Shown: one piece after another, positions 18,392 through 27,020 of the stretch
How positions within the stretch are numbered: position 1 is the first letter of the stretch
How the letters are laid out: every line of letters begins with the position of its first letter
Assembly: GCA_019455105.1 (NCBI GenBank)
Contig: JACFMZ010000003.1
Coordinates: forward strand, 4,895-67,926
DNA from: Bacteroidota bacterium
Lineage (GTDB): Bacteria > Bacteroidota > Ignavibacteria > UBA10030 > UBA8401
Direction: 5' to 3'
DNA length: 63,032 nucleotides
The notes under the pieces: model-generated
The model's input: only the letters and a program-made list of their open reading frames with translations
Database searches by the model: none
What the model was told of the DNA's origin: nothing
Translations under genes and position numbers: made by a program

Positions 18392-19084
18392 TCACCGTGC
18401 GATAATTTCAACTGTTTGTTTTCCAATAACTTTTGCCTGAACAATTTCTTTTGAGCCGCTGCGAACGACAGGAATTTTTCTTCCGAGAAATCCTTCCTGA
18501 CGCGCAATTCCTGTTGAACGAAGAAGAACGTTGTTCGATTTTACCATAATTGTTACCACATCATCCCGCTGAATAACGGGAAGCTCTTCAACAACAGACG
18601 GAACAATAACCGAATTTTCTTTCACATTTTTTTTCATCCGCTTTTGTTTCAACGGTTCAACGGACGTTATCGGCGCTTCGCGGAAAAATGTTGTTTCAAG
18701 GTTTCTGCGTGTTAATGACGTAAGATCAATTTCTTCATTCTTTTCAAACATACGGTTGGTAACATACACCGTTTCAAATGTCCGAATCAGCACCGAACAC
18801 ATAACGGTTTGCAAACATGCAGAGCCGTTCCAAATTTCCACCGGTAGAGAGACATATCCTTTTAACGCCGGCGGCCGCTGAGATGTGATACGTAACGTAT
18901 AGTCTCCCTGCGGAAGAATAATTTCTTTGGGAAGCGATCGGTATTCAATATGATATTCAACGCCGCTGTTCTGTAATTCATTCACAAGATAGTGCTGCAC
19001 GGTATTCTGAAATGCGCTTTCAGAAATCGTCTCCGTCCGCCCAAAAGCAAAAATAAAACTGAGAATGTACAGAAACAGATTCAT
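18392..19084 (-). CDS. flgA: flagellar P-ring assembly chaperone FlgA
   Basis: Signal peptide. C-terminal 'IQRDDVVTIMVKSNNVLLRSTGIARQEGFLGRKIPV' FlgA/SAF-like pattern. Confidence 0.8.
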   Translation of the reverse strand: MNLFLYILSFIFAFGRTETISESAFQNTVQHYLVNELQNSGVEYHIEYRSLPKEIILPQGDYTLRITSQRPPALKGYVSLPVEIWNGSACLQTVMCSVLIRTFETVYVTNRMFEKNEEIDLTSLTRRNLETTFFREAPITSVEPLKQKRMKKNVKENSVIVPSVVEELPVIQRDDVVTIMVKSNNVLLRSTGIARQEGFLGRKIPVVRSGSKEIVQAKVIGKQTVEIIAR

Positions 19085-19088
19085 GCTT

Positions 19089-19880
19089 TTATCCCTGTTT
19101 CAAATTATTTGCCATTGCCAGCATTTCTTCAACGGTTTTAATGGTCTTTGAATTAATTTCATAGGCGCGCTGCGCAACAATCATGTTCACCATTTCTTCA
19201 ACGACATCAACGTTGGAAGATTCGAGCGAACCCTGCATTAACTCGCCGAATCCTTCGGAACCTGCCGCGCCGATAATCGGATTTCCCGAAGCACTCGTTT
19301 CGATAAATAAATTATTTCCGATGGAATGCAGACCGGCAGGATTTACAAATTTTGCCAATTCCAACTGACCGAGACGAACGGCGGCAGTTTGTCCGGATTC
19401 CATTGCTTCAATGGTTCCGTCTCGCGAAATAGTTATTTGATTTGTATTCGGCGAAAAAACGACGCCCGGTTCCACAACATACCCTTGAGCATCAACAAGC
19501 TGCCCTTCTGCAGAAATTTTAAATGAACCGTCCCGCGTGTACGCAATCGTTCCGTCCGTTCTGCGAATTTGATAAAATCCTTCTCCCTGAATCGAGACAT
19601 CAAGCGGATTATTGGTCGGCTGAACATCGCCCTGCCGGAAATTTTTTAATGTTGCCACAGGAACAACACCGTTGCCGATTTGAATTTCGGTCACTTCATT
19701 GGTTGTTCCGTCCTGATTTGTACCGCCGGTTTTAATTGTTTGGTACATTAAATCCTGAAATTCCGGACGGCTCTTTTTAAAACCGGTAGTATTAACGTTT
19801 GCAATATTGTTGGAAATAAGATCGACATTCATCTGCTGGGCAAACATTCCGGTGGCGGCTGTGCGTAACGCTCTGTTCAT
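19089..19880 (-). CDS. flgG: flagellar distal rod protein FlgG
   Basis: 'MNRALRTAATGMFAQQMNVDLISNNIANVNTTGFK' and C-terminal 'LESSNVDVVEEMVNMIVAQRAYE'. Confidence 0.92.
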   Translation of the reverse strand: MNRALRTAATGMFAQQMNVDLISNNIANVNTTGFKKSRPEFQDLMYQTIKTGGTNQDGTTNEVTEIQIGNGVVPVATLKNFRQGDVQPTNNPLDVSIQGEGFYQIRRTDGTIAYTRDGSFKISAEGQLVDAQGYVVEPGVVFSPNTNQITISRDGTIEAMESGQTAAVRLGQLELAKFVNPAGLHSIGNNLFIETSASGNPIIGAAGSEGFGELMQGSLESSNVDVVEEMVNMIVAQRAYEINSKTIKTVEEMLAMANNLKQG

Positions 19881-19907
19881 GGTATTTATCCTTCTTTAAA
19901 AAAATTA

Positions 19908-20651
19908 TTAAATTCTTCCGACTTCTAATGCTTTTTCCAGCGTACCGTCTTGGTAGCGCATTGTCCGCTGATCGGCTTCAAAACTTCTAGACAACTCAAC
20001 CAGTTGAATCATTTCTGAGAGCGATTGCACGTTGGATTCTTCAAGATAGCCCTGACGCAATGTGGTGTCGCTGTCATTATTTTTTATATCTCTTGGCGAT
20101 TCATCTGCTGCAAAGAGTGTTCCGCCGACCTTTAAAAGCTTTTGCATCTCTTGAAACTTTACAATTTTAATTTTCCCGATTTGGTTTTTACCAATATATA
20201 TTTCACCGTTTTTATTAATCGTAATATCGGTTTGTTGAATTGTTGAGGCATTCGGAATGGTAAGATGACCGCCGGTGCCGACAAGAAAATGTCCGTCGGA
20301 ATTGACAACATCGCCGCTGTCATCCAGTTTAAAATTTCCGTTACGCGTATAGCGCGGACCTTCGGGTGTTTCCAGCACAAAAAATCCGTTTCCCTGAATG
20401 GCAACATCCAGCGGATTGCTTGTCGGTCGAAACGAACCTTCGGAAAAATCGGTAAACTCTTTCACATCTAAACCGGCAAATTCGCCGGCTTCAGTGCTTT
20501 TGGCAATTCCGGCATTTTTTAATATCTGCACAAAAATATCGTTCTTCTTAAAACCTGTCGTATCGGCATTCGCAATATTGTTCGCCACAACATCCAGCTT
20601 CAATAAGCGCGGCTGCATTCCCGAACTTGATGAATAGATACCTTTAATCAT
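19908..20651 (-). CDS. flgF: flagellar proximal rod protein FlgF
   Basis: 'SGMQPRLLKLDVVANNIANADTTGFK', C-terminal 'LEESNVQSLSEMIQLVELSRSFE'. 247 aa. Confidence 0.85.
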   Translation of the reverse strand: MIKGIYSSSSGMQPRLLKLDVVANNIANADTTGFKKNDIFVQILKNAGIAKSTEAGEFAGLDVKEFTDFSEGSFRPTSNPLDVAIQGNGFFVLETPEGPRYTRNGNFKLDDSGDVVNSDGHFLVGTGGHLTIPNASTIQQTDITINKNGEIYIGKNQIGKIKIVKFQEMQKLLKVGGTLFAADESPRDIKNNDSDTTLRQGYLEESNVQSLSEMIQLVELSRSFEADQRTMRYQDGTLEKALEVGRI

Positions 20652-21676
20652 ACCGCTGCCTCCTGATCAATTTTTTTATTTTTCAGTTTAGAAATATTTG
20701 CCGCAAGATCAAGCTCGCCGACGGAGACGCCGAGTTTTTTTGCGGTGATAATTTTTTCTGTTTTATTTTCTTTCCGGTTTTTCACTAACTGTGCGCCGTT
20801 CTTTTTTATCATTTGAATTTCAGATTTTTCAAACCATGCGCGAAGTTCCGCTTCCCCCTGCATACGAAGTGTCTCTTCTTCTGCGTGTTCTTCATCGCGT
20901 TCTTCTTCATACCATTCGCCGGAGTGTACTTTCACAGGTTCTGCATTGTTTCGCTGAACAACTTCAGTCGCACGCGCAAGATTTTCTTCAAACTTTACCG
21001 CCGGCATTCTATTGTTACCATTTATTTTTTCAGAACGCCGGTGTTTAAGAATAAAGACATACATTAATGAACCGGTGCCGAGCGCCAAAACCAAAAATGT
21101 AATACCCACTAACCCAAAAGCGCCGCCGGCACTCAACGTGTTCGGAATTTTCGGCTCCACGGAAATTTCCGCGGCAGCGATGATTTTTTGAACTTCTGCC
21201 GGCGCGGCTGCCGGTGTATCATTACTGCCGGATTCTAACGCGATTTTTGGAATATCCAGAACCGGCGCTGCCTTCGGCTGCTCTTGTTTCTTTTTTACGA
21301 TAAGTTTTTTCTGCGGATAGAAATCAATGATAATACGGTTCGCCCCTTCTTCTTGAAATATTTTATACTCCGTCTCTGCGCTTCGTAATTGCAGTGCAAT
21401 ATTTTCGCTTCCATCCGGATCGGCACGCATAATAAATTGTTTTACCGTTCCGTCGTTAAAATTATACGTTGCATTTTTTACTATAAAATCCGCCGGTTTT
21501 CCGAGCAGCGAAATTTGCATAGATGTTCCGTTTCGCATTTCCTTCCATTCAACGGCGCCGCGCACGGCAATAACAATGCGGTGATATTCCGGACGCACGG
21601 TATAGGTTAACGGTAAGTTTCCCGCCGGAAGGAAACAATACAAGAGCAGAACAAAAAATATTAAACGTGTTTTCAT
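20648..21676 (-). CDS. uncharacterised bitopic membrane protein with an AMIN-like periplasmic domain
   Basis: Start set at ATG 21676 (MKTRLIFFVLLLYCF), which overlaps the kinase stop as ATGA. The roughly 110-aa N-terminal domain ends in 'ANRIIIDFYP' (AMIN-like). One TM segment ('FGLVGITFLVLALGTGSLMYVFIL'). Charged cytoplasmic tail. ATGA overlap with flgF. Confidence 0.6.
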   Translation of the reverse strand: MKTRLIFFVLLLYCFLPAGNLPLTYTVRPEYHRIVIAVRGAVEWKEMRNGTSMQISLLGKPADFIVKNATYNFNDGTVKQFIMRADPDGSENIALQLRSAETEYKIFQEEGANRIIIDFYPQKKLIVKKKQEQPKAAPVLDIPKIALESGSNDTPAAAPAEVQKIIAAAEISVEPKIPNTLSAGGAFGLVGITFLVLALGTGSLMYVFILKHRRSEKINGNNRMPAVKFEENLARATEVVQRNNAEPVKVHSGEWYEEERDEEHAEEETLRMQGEAELRAWFEKSEIQMIKKNGAQLVKNRKENKTEKIITAKKLGVSVGELDLAANISKLKNKKIDQEAAV

Positions 21677-23058
21677 GCTTTCTTCATCGTCCTTTGTAAT
21701 GGAAGGTAAATGGTAAAGGTTGTTCCTTTTCCAAGCTCGCTGGTTACTTTTATTTCGCCGCGATGATTGGTAATAATTTTTTTGCAAATCGATAAGCCGA
21801 GTCCCGTTCCTTTTCCTTCTTCTTTTGTCGTAAAGAAAGGAGCAAAAAGCTGCGTCATATTTTCTTCGGCAATTCCTACGCCGGTATCGGAAATATGAAT
21901 CTGCAGCTGGAAATCTTTTACTTCCGTTGCCAATCTCAGCGCTCCTCCTTCAGGCATGGCATCGCGGGCATTAATGAGCAGATTGAGAAATACCTGCTGA
22001 AGCTGTTGTGCGCTTCCTTGAATGCCCGGAAGTTTTTCGGAAAGCGCGTATTCTACGGTAATTCTTTTTGTCTGCAAGTCATGTTCAATAATATCGCCGA
22101 TGAATTTCAATTCCCGATTCACATCAACAATATCCTGAAGGCTTTCTTCGCTGAAGCCGCGCGAGAAATTCATTAAGCGGCGCGTAATTTCCGCCAAACG
22201 CTGAATTTGTTTCTGAAGCATCGGCAGCGCATCTTCGCCTCCCTTGCCCATCATAATAATTTCTATCTGCATGGAGAGAATTTGAATCGGATTTTTTATT
22301 TCGTGCACAATACTGGCGGCAAGTTCGCCTAACGCAACAAGTTTTGCCACCTGCAGCATTTGTGATTGATATGATTTTAATTCGTTGTTGGCTTTTACTA
22401 ACTGCATCTGCGTCCGCCAGTTTTCAACGCCGACCGCCGCCTGATTTGCCAGCACGGTAAGAAGCTGAATATCCTGATGCGAAAATTCTTCCTGCTTCTT
22501 TTCAGTATGAATCATATACACGCCGATTCCCTGACCGCGCAGCATCAGCGGAACCATGACATAATTTTTTGTTGCGCCGTTTTTCATTAAGTGCGAAAGG
22601 TCGGGAATGATAACGGTTTTTTTCTCGGAAAAAATCCAGTCAACAATTCCGGCTTCCAAATGCTGCTGCGCTTCTCTTTCCAGCTCCGCCGAGCCGTGCG
22701 CCGTTAACGGAACCAGACGTCTGGTGGTGCTGTCAAACAAAAAGATAGAAGCTTCAATAACAGGAATAACCTGCTCGGTTAATTCAATTAAAGTTTTAAT
22801 AATGGAATTCGGTTCCTGCGCCGTGCCGATAATATTGGAAAGCCGCTGCATTGCCACCAGCTCATCAATAGAAGTTTTTATATCTCCCTGTTGATTCACA
22901 ATATGCTGATGTTCGCCGACCACCGCTTTTAATGTTTTTTCCAGCGCCTGAATATAGCTTTCCCGGCTTTCAATAAACTTTTCGAACTGCGGCACAACGC
23001 TTTCAAGAATTTCTTCTCTGGATTGTTTTGCCGCGTGATTTTCTTCAATTGATTTCAT
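21673..23058 (-). CDS. cytoplasmic sensor histidine kinase with GAF domain
   Basis: No TM segment. GAF-like region (aa ~85-215). H-box 'LAASIVHEIKNPIQIL'. N/G boxes 'LINARDAM', 'DTGVGI', 'GTGLGLSI'. Confidence 0.85.
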   Translation of the reverse strand: MKSIEENHAAKQSREEILESVVPQFEKFIESRESYIQALEKTLKAVVGEHQHIVNQQGDIKTSIDELVAMQRLSNIIGTAQEPNSIIKTLIELTEQVIPVIEASIFLFDSTTRRLVPLTAHGSAELEREAQQHLEAGIVDWIFSEKKTVIIPDLSHLMKNGATKNYVMVPLMLRGQGIGVYMIHTEKKQEEFSHQDIQLLTVLANQAAVGVENWRTQMQLVKANNELKSYQSQMLQVAKLVALGELAASIVHEIKNPIQILSMQIEIIMMGKGGEDALPMLQKQIQRLAEITRRLMNFSRGFSEESLQDIVDVNRELKFIGDIIEHDLQTKRITVEYALSEKLPGIQGSAQQLQQVFLNLLINARDAMPEGGALRLATEVKDFQLQIHISDTGVGIAEENMTQLFAPFFTTKEEGKGTGLGLSICKKIITNHRGEIKVTSELGKGTTFTIYLPLQRTMKKA

Positions 23059-23060
23059 AA

Positions 23061-23954
23061 TTAAAAATTCGCTAAATGAGAAAGTAAGGCAACATCACGG
23101 GTATCTTTTTTTACTAAATCGGAATATTCTTTTACATATTCCTGAATCAATTCTTCATCGTTTAATTGTAATATCTCCAGTGCATCCGGGTGAAATTCAA
23201 TTCCTTTATCAAATTCAATCTCTTCGCCGGAAATTAATTTTGCAAACACATCCGCGCAGTGAATAATTGATACCAACTGCGAATGTTCTTTTGCTTCGCC
23301 CGGATTGTGGTGATAGCGGATTGCTTCCACCAAATGGTCCGGAAGATTCCAGCGTTCGCCGAGCCAGCTGCCGATAACGGCATGCGTAACGGGAAACACG
23401 CTTTCCTCGGCTTCAAAAAATGTTAATTTACTGTCCCGCACAATTTCAATCATCCGGTGAAATTCCGGCGTGAAATATTTATTGAGAATAGAAATTCCCA
23501 TATCGTGAAGCAGTCCGGCAACGAACACTTCACCCGTTACGCGGTAGCCGACATCGCGGGCAAGACGGCGGGCAATAACACCGGTGCCGATTGCGTGATC
23601 CCAAAATAATTGAGAGTTAAAATACAAATCGTTTTTCTTTTGCAGAGAACTGACCAGCGCAATACTGATGACAATCTCCTTTAATGCGTCGAAACCGAGA
23701 ACGATAATGGCAAAATCAATCGTCGATATTTTTTTGGGAAATCCGTAGAACGGCGAGTTCGCTATTTTTAAAACTTTTGCGGTCAGCGCCTGGTCGGTCG
23801 AAATCAGCCTGCCCAATTGCTGCGCGCTCGTTTTCGGATTGTCAACCATTTCCACAATATCCATGGCAATAGCCGGCATTGCGGGAAGTTGAATAATGGT
23901 TTTTACGCGCTCTTGAATTTGTTCGGAAGTCAATATTTGTCGTACTGCGCTCAT
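23061..23954 (-). CDS. HDOD-domain signalling protein
   Basis: 'LPAMPAIAMDIVEMVDNPKTSAQQLGRLISTDQALTAKVLKIANSPFYGF' followed by 'GLLHDMG' is a typical HDOD pattern. Confidence 0.8.
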   Translation of the reverse strand: MSAVRQILTSEQIQERVKTIIQLPAMPAIAMDIVEMVDNPKTSAQQLGRLISTDQALTAKVLKIANSPFYGFPKKISTIDFAIIVLGFDALKEIVISIALVSSLQKKNDLYFNSQLFWDHAIGTGVIARRLARDVGYRVTGEVFVAGLLHDMGISILNKYFTPEFHRMIEIVRDSKLTFFEAEESVFPVTHAVIGSWLGERWNLPDHLVEAIRYHHNPGEAKEHSQLVSIIHCADVFAKLISGEEIEFDKGIEFHPDALEILQLNDEELIQEYVKEYSDLVKKDTRDVALLSHLANF

Positions 23955-23959
23955 AAACT

Positions 23960-24667
23960 TTATGCTGTTACTCCGTTCTCAACAAAGAGCGTGCGTAAGG
24001 AAAGAATTGCTTCCGCATGAAGCTGAAACACTCTCGATTCCGACAGGTGCAGAACCTGTCCGATTTCCTTAAACGTTAAATCTTCGTAGTAATAGAGCGT
24101 AAGAATGAGCCGCTCTTTTTCCGGAAGGCGCTGAAGCCCTCCGACTAATTTTTTATTCATTGATTCTTGGCTCACAATTTCGAACGGAGAATTGCTTTCC
24201 TCATCCGGAATATCTTCGAGAACCGTAATAACATCTGCCTGTCGTGTGGTTTTCATTGATTCACCTTCGATCTCTTGAATGAAATGATGATAATCTTCTG
24301 AGTTCATATGTAAGAACGACATGGCGCGTTGAGCCGCCTCGTGTTCCAGTGCGTAAGAATCTTTTACTTCTTTTCGCTGCCTTCTTGAAAGAACATCGGC
24401 GGAACGAAGGCCGTCAAGAATTGCCCCGCGTATTCTGTAGATTGCAAAGGTTTCAAACTTTGCTCCTTTGTGCGGATCGTACCGGTCAAAAGCATCCAGC
24501 AAACCAATCATTCCGTACTGCACAAGATCATCAAACGAAAGAATTGAACTTTTCACGTTTTTTGACGCAATGGTTTTTGCCACGGATTTTACCAATCCGA
24601 TATACTGAGCAACCAGTTCGCGCTTTCCGGCGGGGCTGAGATGAAATGTTGAATTCTTAAGAGCCAT
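23960..24667 (-). CDS. fliA: flagellar sigma factor FliA (sigma-28)
   Basis: Sigma-70 family regions 2-4: 'DLVQYGMIGLLDAFDRYDP...FETFAIYRIRGAILD', 'LTFKEIGQVLHLSESRVFQLH'. Position after flhF-flhG. Confidence 0.9.
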   Translation of the reverse strand: MALKNSTFHLSPAGKRELVAQYIGLVKSVAKTIASKNVKSSILSFDDLVQYGMIGLLDAFDRYDPHKGAKFETFAIYRIRGAILDGLRSADVLSRRQRKEVKDSYALEHEAAQRAMSFLHMNSEDYHHFIQEIEGESMKTTRQADVITVLEDIPDEESNSPFEIVSQESMNKKLVGGLQRLPEKERLILTLYYYEDLTFKEIGQVLHLSESRVFQLHAEAILSLRTLFVENGVTA

Positions 24668-24674
24668 AATTTAC

Positions 24675-24884
24675 TTATGCAAGCTTTTCTGCTTCATTGG
24701 TTTCTTTGGGTTTCACCGTCATCATAGAGGCGACAAAAACAACGCCAAGCAGTGCGCCGATGGTGGCAATAAAGACGACAAAGGCTTTTGCGATAATTTC
24801 CACAATATCCATTCCCATTGAGGCATACACTACCGCCGTAACGCAAAATGCCAGCAAGCCGATTTGAAAAATAATTTTATTCAT
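24675..24884 (-). CDS. small two-TM membrane protein (uncharacterised)
   Basis: 69 aa with two hydrophobic helices. ATGA overlap with the flhG stop. Ends 7 nt before the fliA start. Confidence 0.5.
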   Translation of the reverse strand: MNKIIFQIGLLAFCVTAVVYASMGMDIVEIIAKAFVVFIATIGALLGVVFVASMMTVKPKETNEAEKLA

Positions 24885-25741
24885 ACATACACCGTTGAAG
24901 TTTGTGGTTCTTCCATTGCCTCTTCAAGCAGCAAACGCTGAGCCGCCGCCTGAATGCACAACGCGGAAGATGATATCGGATATTTTTTTAATAATGGTAT
25001 CTGCGCCTTCACTGAATCGGCAACGCTTTCATCAAACGGAATAAAGCCGATGTAAACAATTTCCTGCTTCAAAAAATGTTCTGCGGCTTTTTGTAATTTC
25101 TGCGCCGCTTCTTCGCTTTCCAATGGTTGGTGCACATTGTTCATAATAAGGTTGAAACGAGCGCCGTGAACTTTCCGGGAAATTATTTTTACTGCCGCGT
25201 ACGCATCCATTATTGCCGTCGGTTCAGAATTTGAAATGAGCACAATATCGTTGGCATACGATGCATACTGAAGAACATCATCCCGAAGTCCCGCCGCCGT
25301 GTCAAAAATAATATCGGAAAATTCATGCGTGCTGCCGACCATTCCGGAATAAAGATAATCTCTATCCGAAGCAGAGATTTCAGCATATTCAAACGAACCG
25401 GAATTTCCGCACATCATAAAAACATTTCGTGAACTTTGATACACGGCATCATCAATGGAAGTTTTTCCTAACAGGATATCGTTTATTCTGTACTTCGGCG
25501 CCGCGCCGGTGAGAACATCAAGCTTTCCAAGATTTTCATCCGCATCCACCAGTAAAACTTTTCGCCCGCTCTTTGCCAATGTCATTGCCATACCAACAGC
25601 AAAAACACTTTTCCCGACTCCGCCTTTACCGCTCACAATCGTCCAAACATGAGGCAGCGCCGGATTGGCAACGGATTCTCTCTTCGACATTAAGGTGCGA
25701 AGATGGTCCGCTTGATCGTATGACAATGATAAATTATGCAT
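24881..25741 (-). CDS. flhG: MinD/ParA-type ATPase FlhG (FleN/YlxH)
   Basis: Deviant Walker A 'VSGKGGVGKSVFAVGMA'. Position after flhF. Confidence 0.9.
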   Translation of the reverse strand: MHNLSLSYDQADHLRTLMSKRESVANPALPHVWTIVSGKGGVGKSVFAVGMAMTLAKSGRKVLLVDADENLGKLDVLTGAAPKYRINDILLGKTSIDDAVYQSSRNVFMMCGNSGSFEYAEISASDRDYLYSGMVGSTHEFSDIIFDTAAGLRDDVLQYASYANDIVLISNSEPTAIMDAYAAVKIISRKVHGARFNLIMNNVHQPLESEEAAQKLQKAAEHFLKQEIVYIGFIPFDESVADSVKAQIPLLKKYPISSSALCIQAAAQRLLLEEAMEEPQTSTVYV

Positions 25742-27020
25742 GTGCTAATATTCCTTGATATAACATAGCGGCAAACTTTGTGCCATTAGCAGCGCAAATA
25801 TCATCAGGAACTGACTGTCCTAGAGTGAAAAATGAAACCGGTAATTTTGTTTTCTGCATAATATTATACAGTGGACCAAAAGTAACCGCCTCATCGAGTT
25901 TTGATAAAATTAAATGCGTGGGTTCTAAAATTTTATATTCTTTAACAATAGATTGAAGCGTTGCCGTATTGCTTTGACTGCCGGTCACAAGATGAACTTC
26001 CGTAGCATGCGCAGCTTCTACCATTTTCTTTAATTCCAGTAATTCCTTCTTTGCACGATGACTTCTGCCGACAGTATCAATCAGCACAACATCGGCGCGG
26101 TTGATTTTTTTTAATGCGGCGGGAAGTTCAGAAGAACGATAAACAACCTGCATCGGAATATCGGCAATGGAAGCAAAGGTCTTTAATTGTTCAATAGCGC
26201 CGATTCGGTACGTGTCACATGTTATCAGCGCAACAGATTTGTTGTTCACTAACTTTTCAATAGCCGCCAGCTTTGCAATGGTTGTTGTTTTTCCGACTCC
26301 CGTCGGTCCGACCAACGCAATAATTTTTCGCTTTGCTGTTTTTGCGGAAGATTGCTGCACCGGAAATTTTTCTGCTAACAATTGCAGAACTAAAGTATCG
26401 GCGCTTACGGGAGAATCTTTTCGGCTGCGGGAAAGTTTTTTTTCTATTTCACTGGTAATATCCAAAACATATTTTTCTTCCACATCCTGCTGAAGCAGCG
26501 TGAGATAAATATCTTTCACAGAATCCGGCAGCTGCCCGAAACTTTTATATTGAAGCTGGCGGGAAAGAGTCGTCAGCATCGATTTCATATCTTCCACATC
26601 CGACTTTAACTGCACAATTTCTCCGGCATCTTTTACCTGCTGCGGAAGAGCTTTCATGGGAGTTTTTTCTGTTTCTCTTTCTTCAAAAGCTTCGGTCATT
26701 TTCCGCAGACTTTCAATAACGTCTTCCGGTTTCGATTCGTTGTTAGCAATTGCCTCTTTCATCGCCTTATCATACGAATGACGCACCGCATGTTTTGAAT
26801 AGGTCGGCTGAAACTTCGTCAATGATTTTTCATCATTTAACGGATGAGGAAGCTCATCAATAGCGGCGGTAATTTCAACGCGCTCTTTACCGATTGTTTT
26901 CAACAAAGAATTTTTCGGCAGTTTTCTGGTGTGTAAAATAATGGCTTCAGGACCGAGTTCCTGTTTCATTTGCTCGGTGGCTTCTTTTAAGCTCTCCGCT
27001 ACATATTTTTTAATTTGCAT
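25734..27020 (-). CDS. flhF: SRP-type GTPase FlhF
   Basis: 'LVGPTGVGKTTTIAKLAA', 'DTVGR' and 'SKLDE' G-motifs. Position after flhA. Confidence 0.92.
   Translation of the reverse strand: MQIKKYVAESLKEATEQMKQELGPEAIILHTRKLPKNSLLKTIGKERVEITAAIDELPHPLNDEKSLTKFQPTYSKHAVRHSYDKAMKEAIANNESKPEDVIESLRKMTEAFEERETEKTPMKALPQQVKDAGEIVQLKSDVEDMKSMLTTLSRQLQYKSFGQLPDSVKDIYLTLLQQDVEEKYVLDITSEIEKKLSRSRKDSPVSADTLVLQLLAEKFPVQQSSAKTAKRKIIALVGPTGVGKTTTIAKLAAIEKLVNNKSVALITCDTYRIGAIEQLKTFASIADIPMQVVYRSSELPAALKKINRADVVLIDTVGRSHRAKKELLELKKMVEAAHATEVHLVTGSQSNTATLQSIVKEYKILEPTHLILSKLDEAVTFGPLYNIMQKTKLPVSFFTLGQSVPDDICAANGTKFAAMLYQGILAHA
25771..25785 (-). promoter_or_regulatory. sigma-54-type -24/-12 element inside the 3' end of flhF, upstream of flhG
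   Basis: The minus strand reads TGGCAC-AAAGT-TTGC. The -12 GC lies 30 nt upstream of the flhG ATG, and AAGGAA is positioned as a Shine-Dalgarno sequence. Confidence 0.45.
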
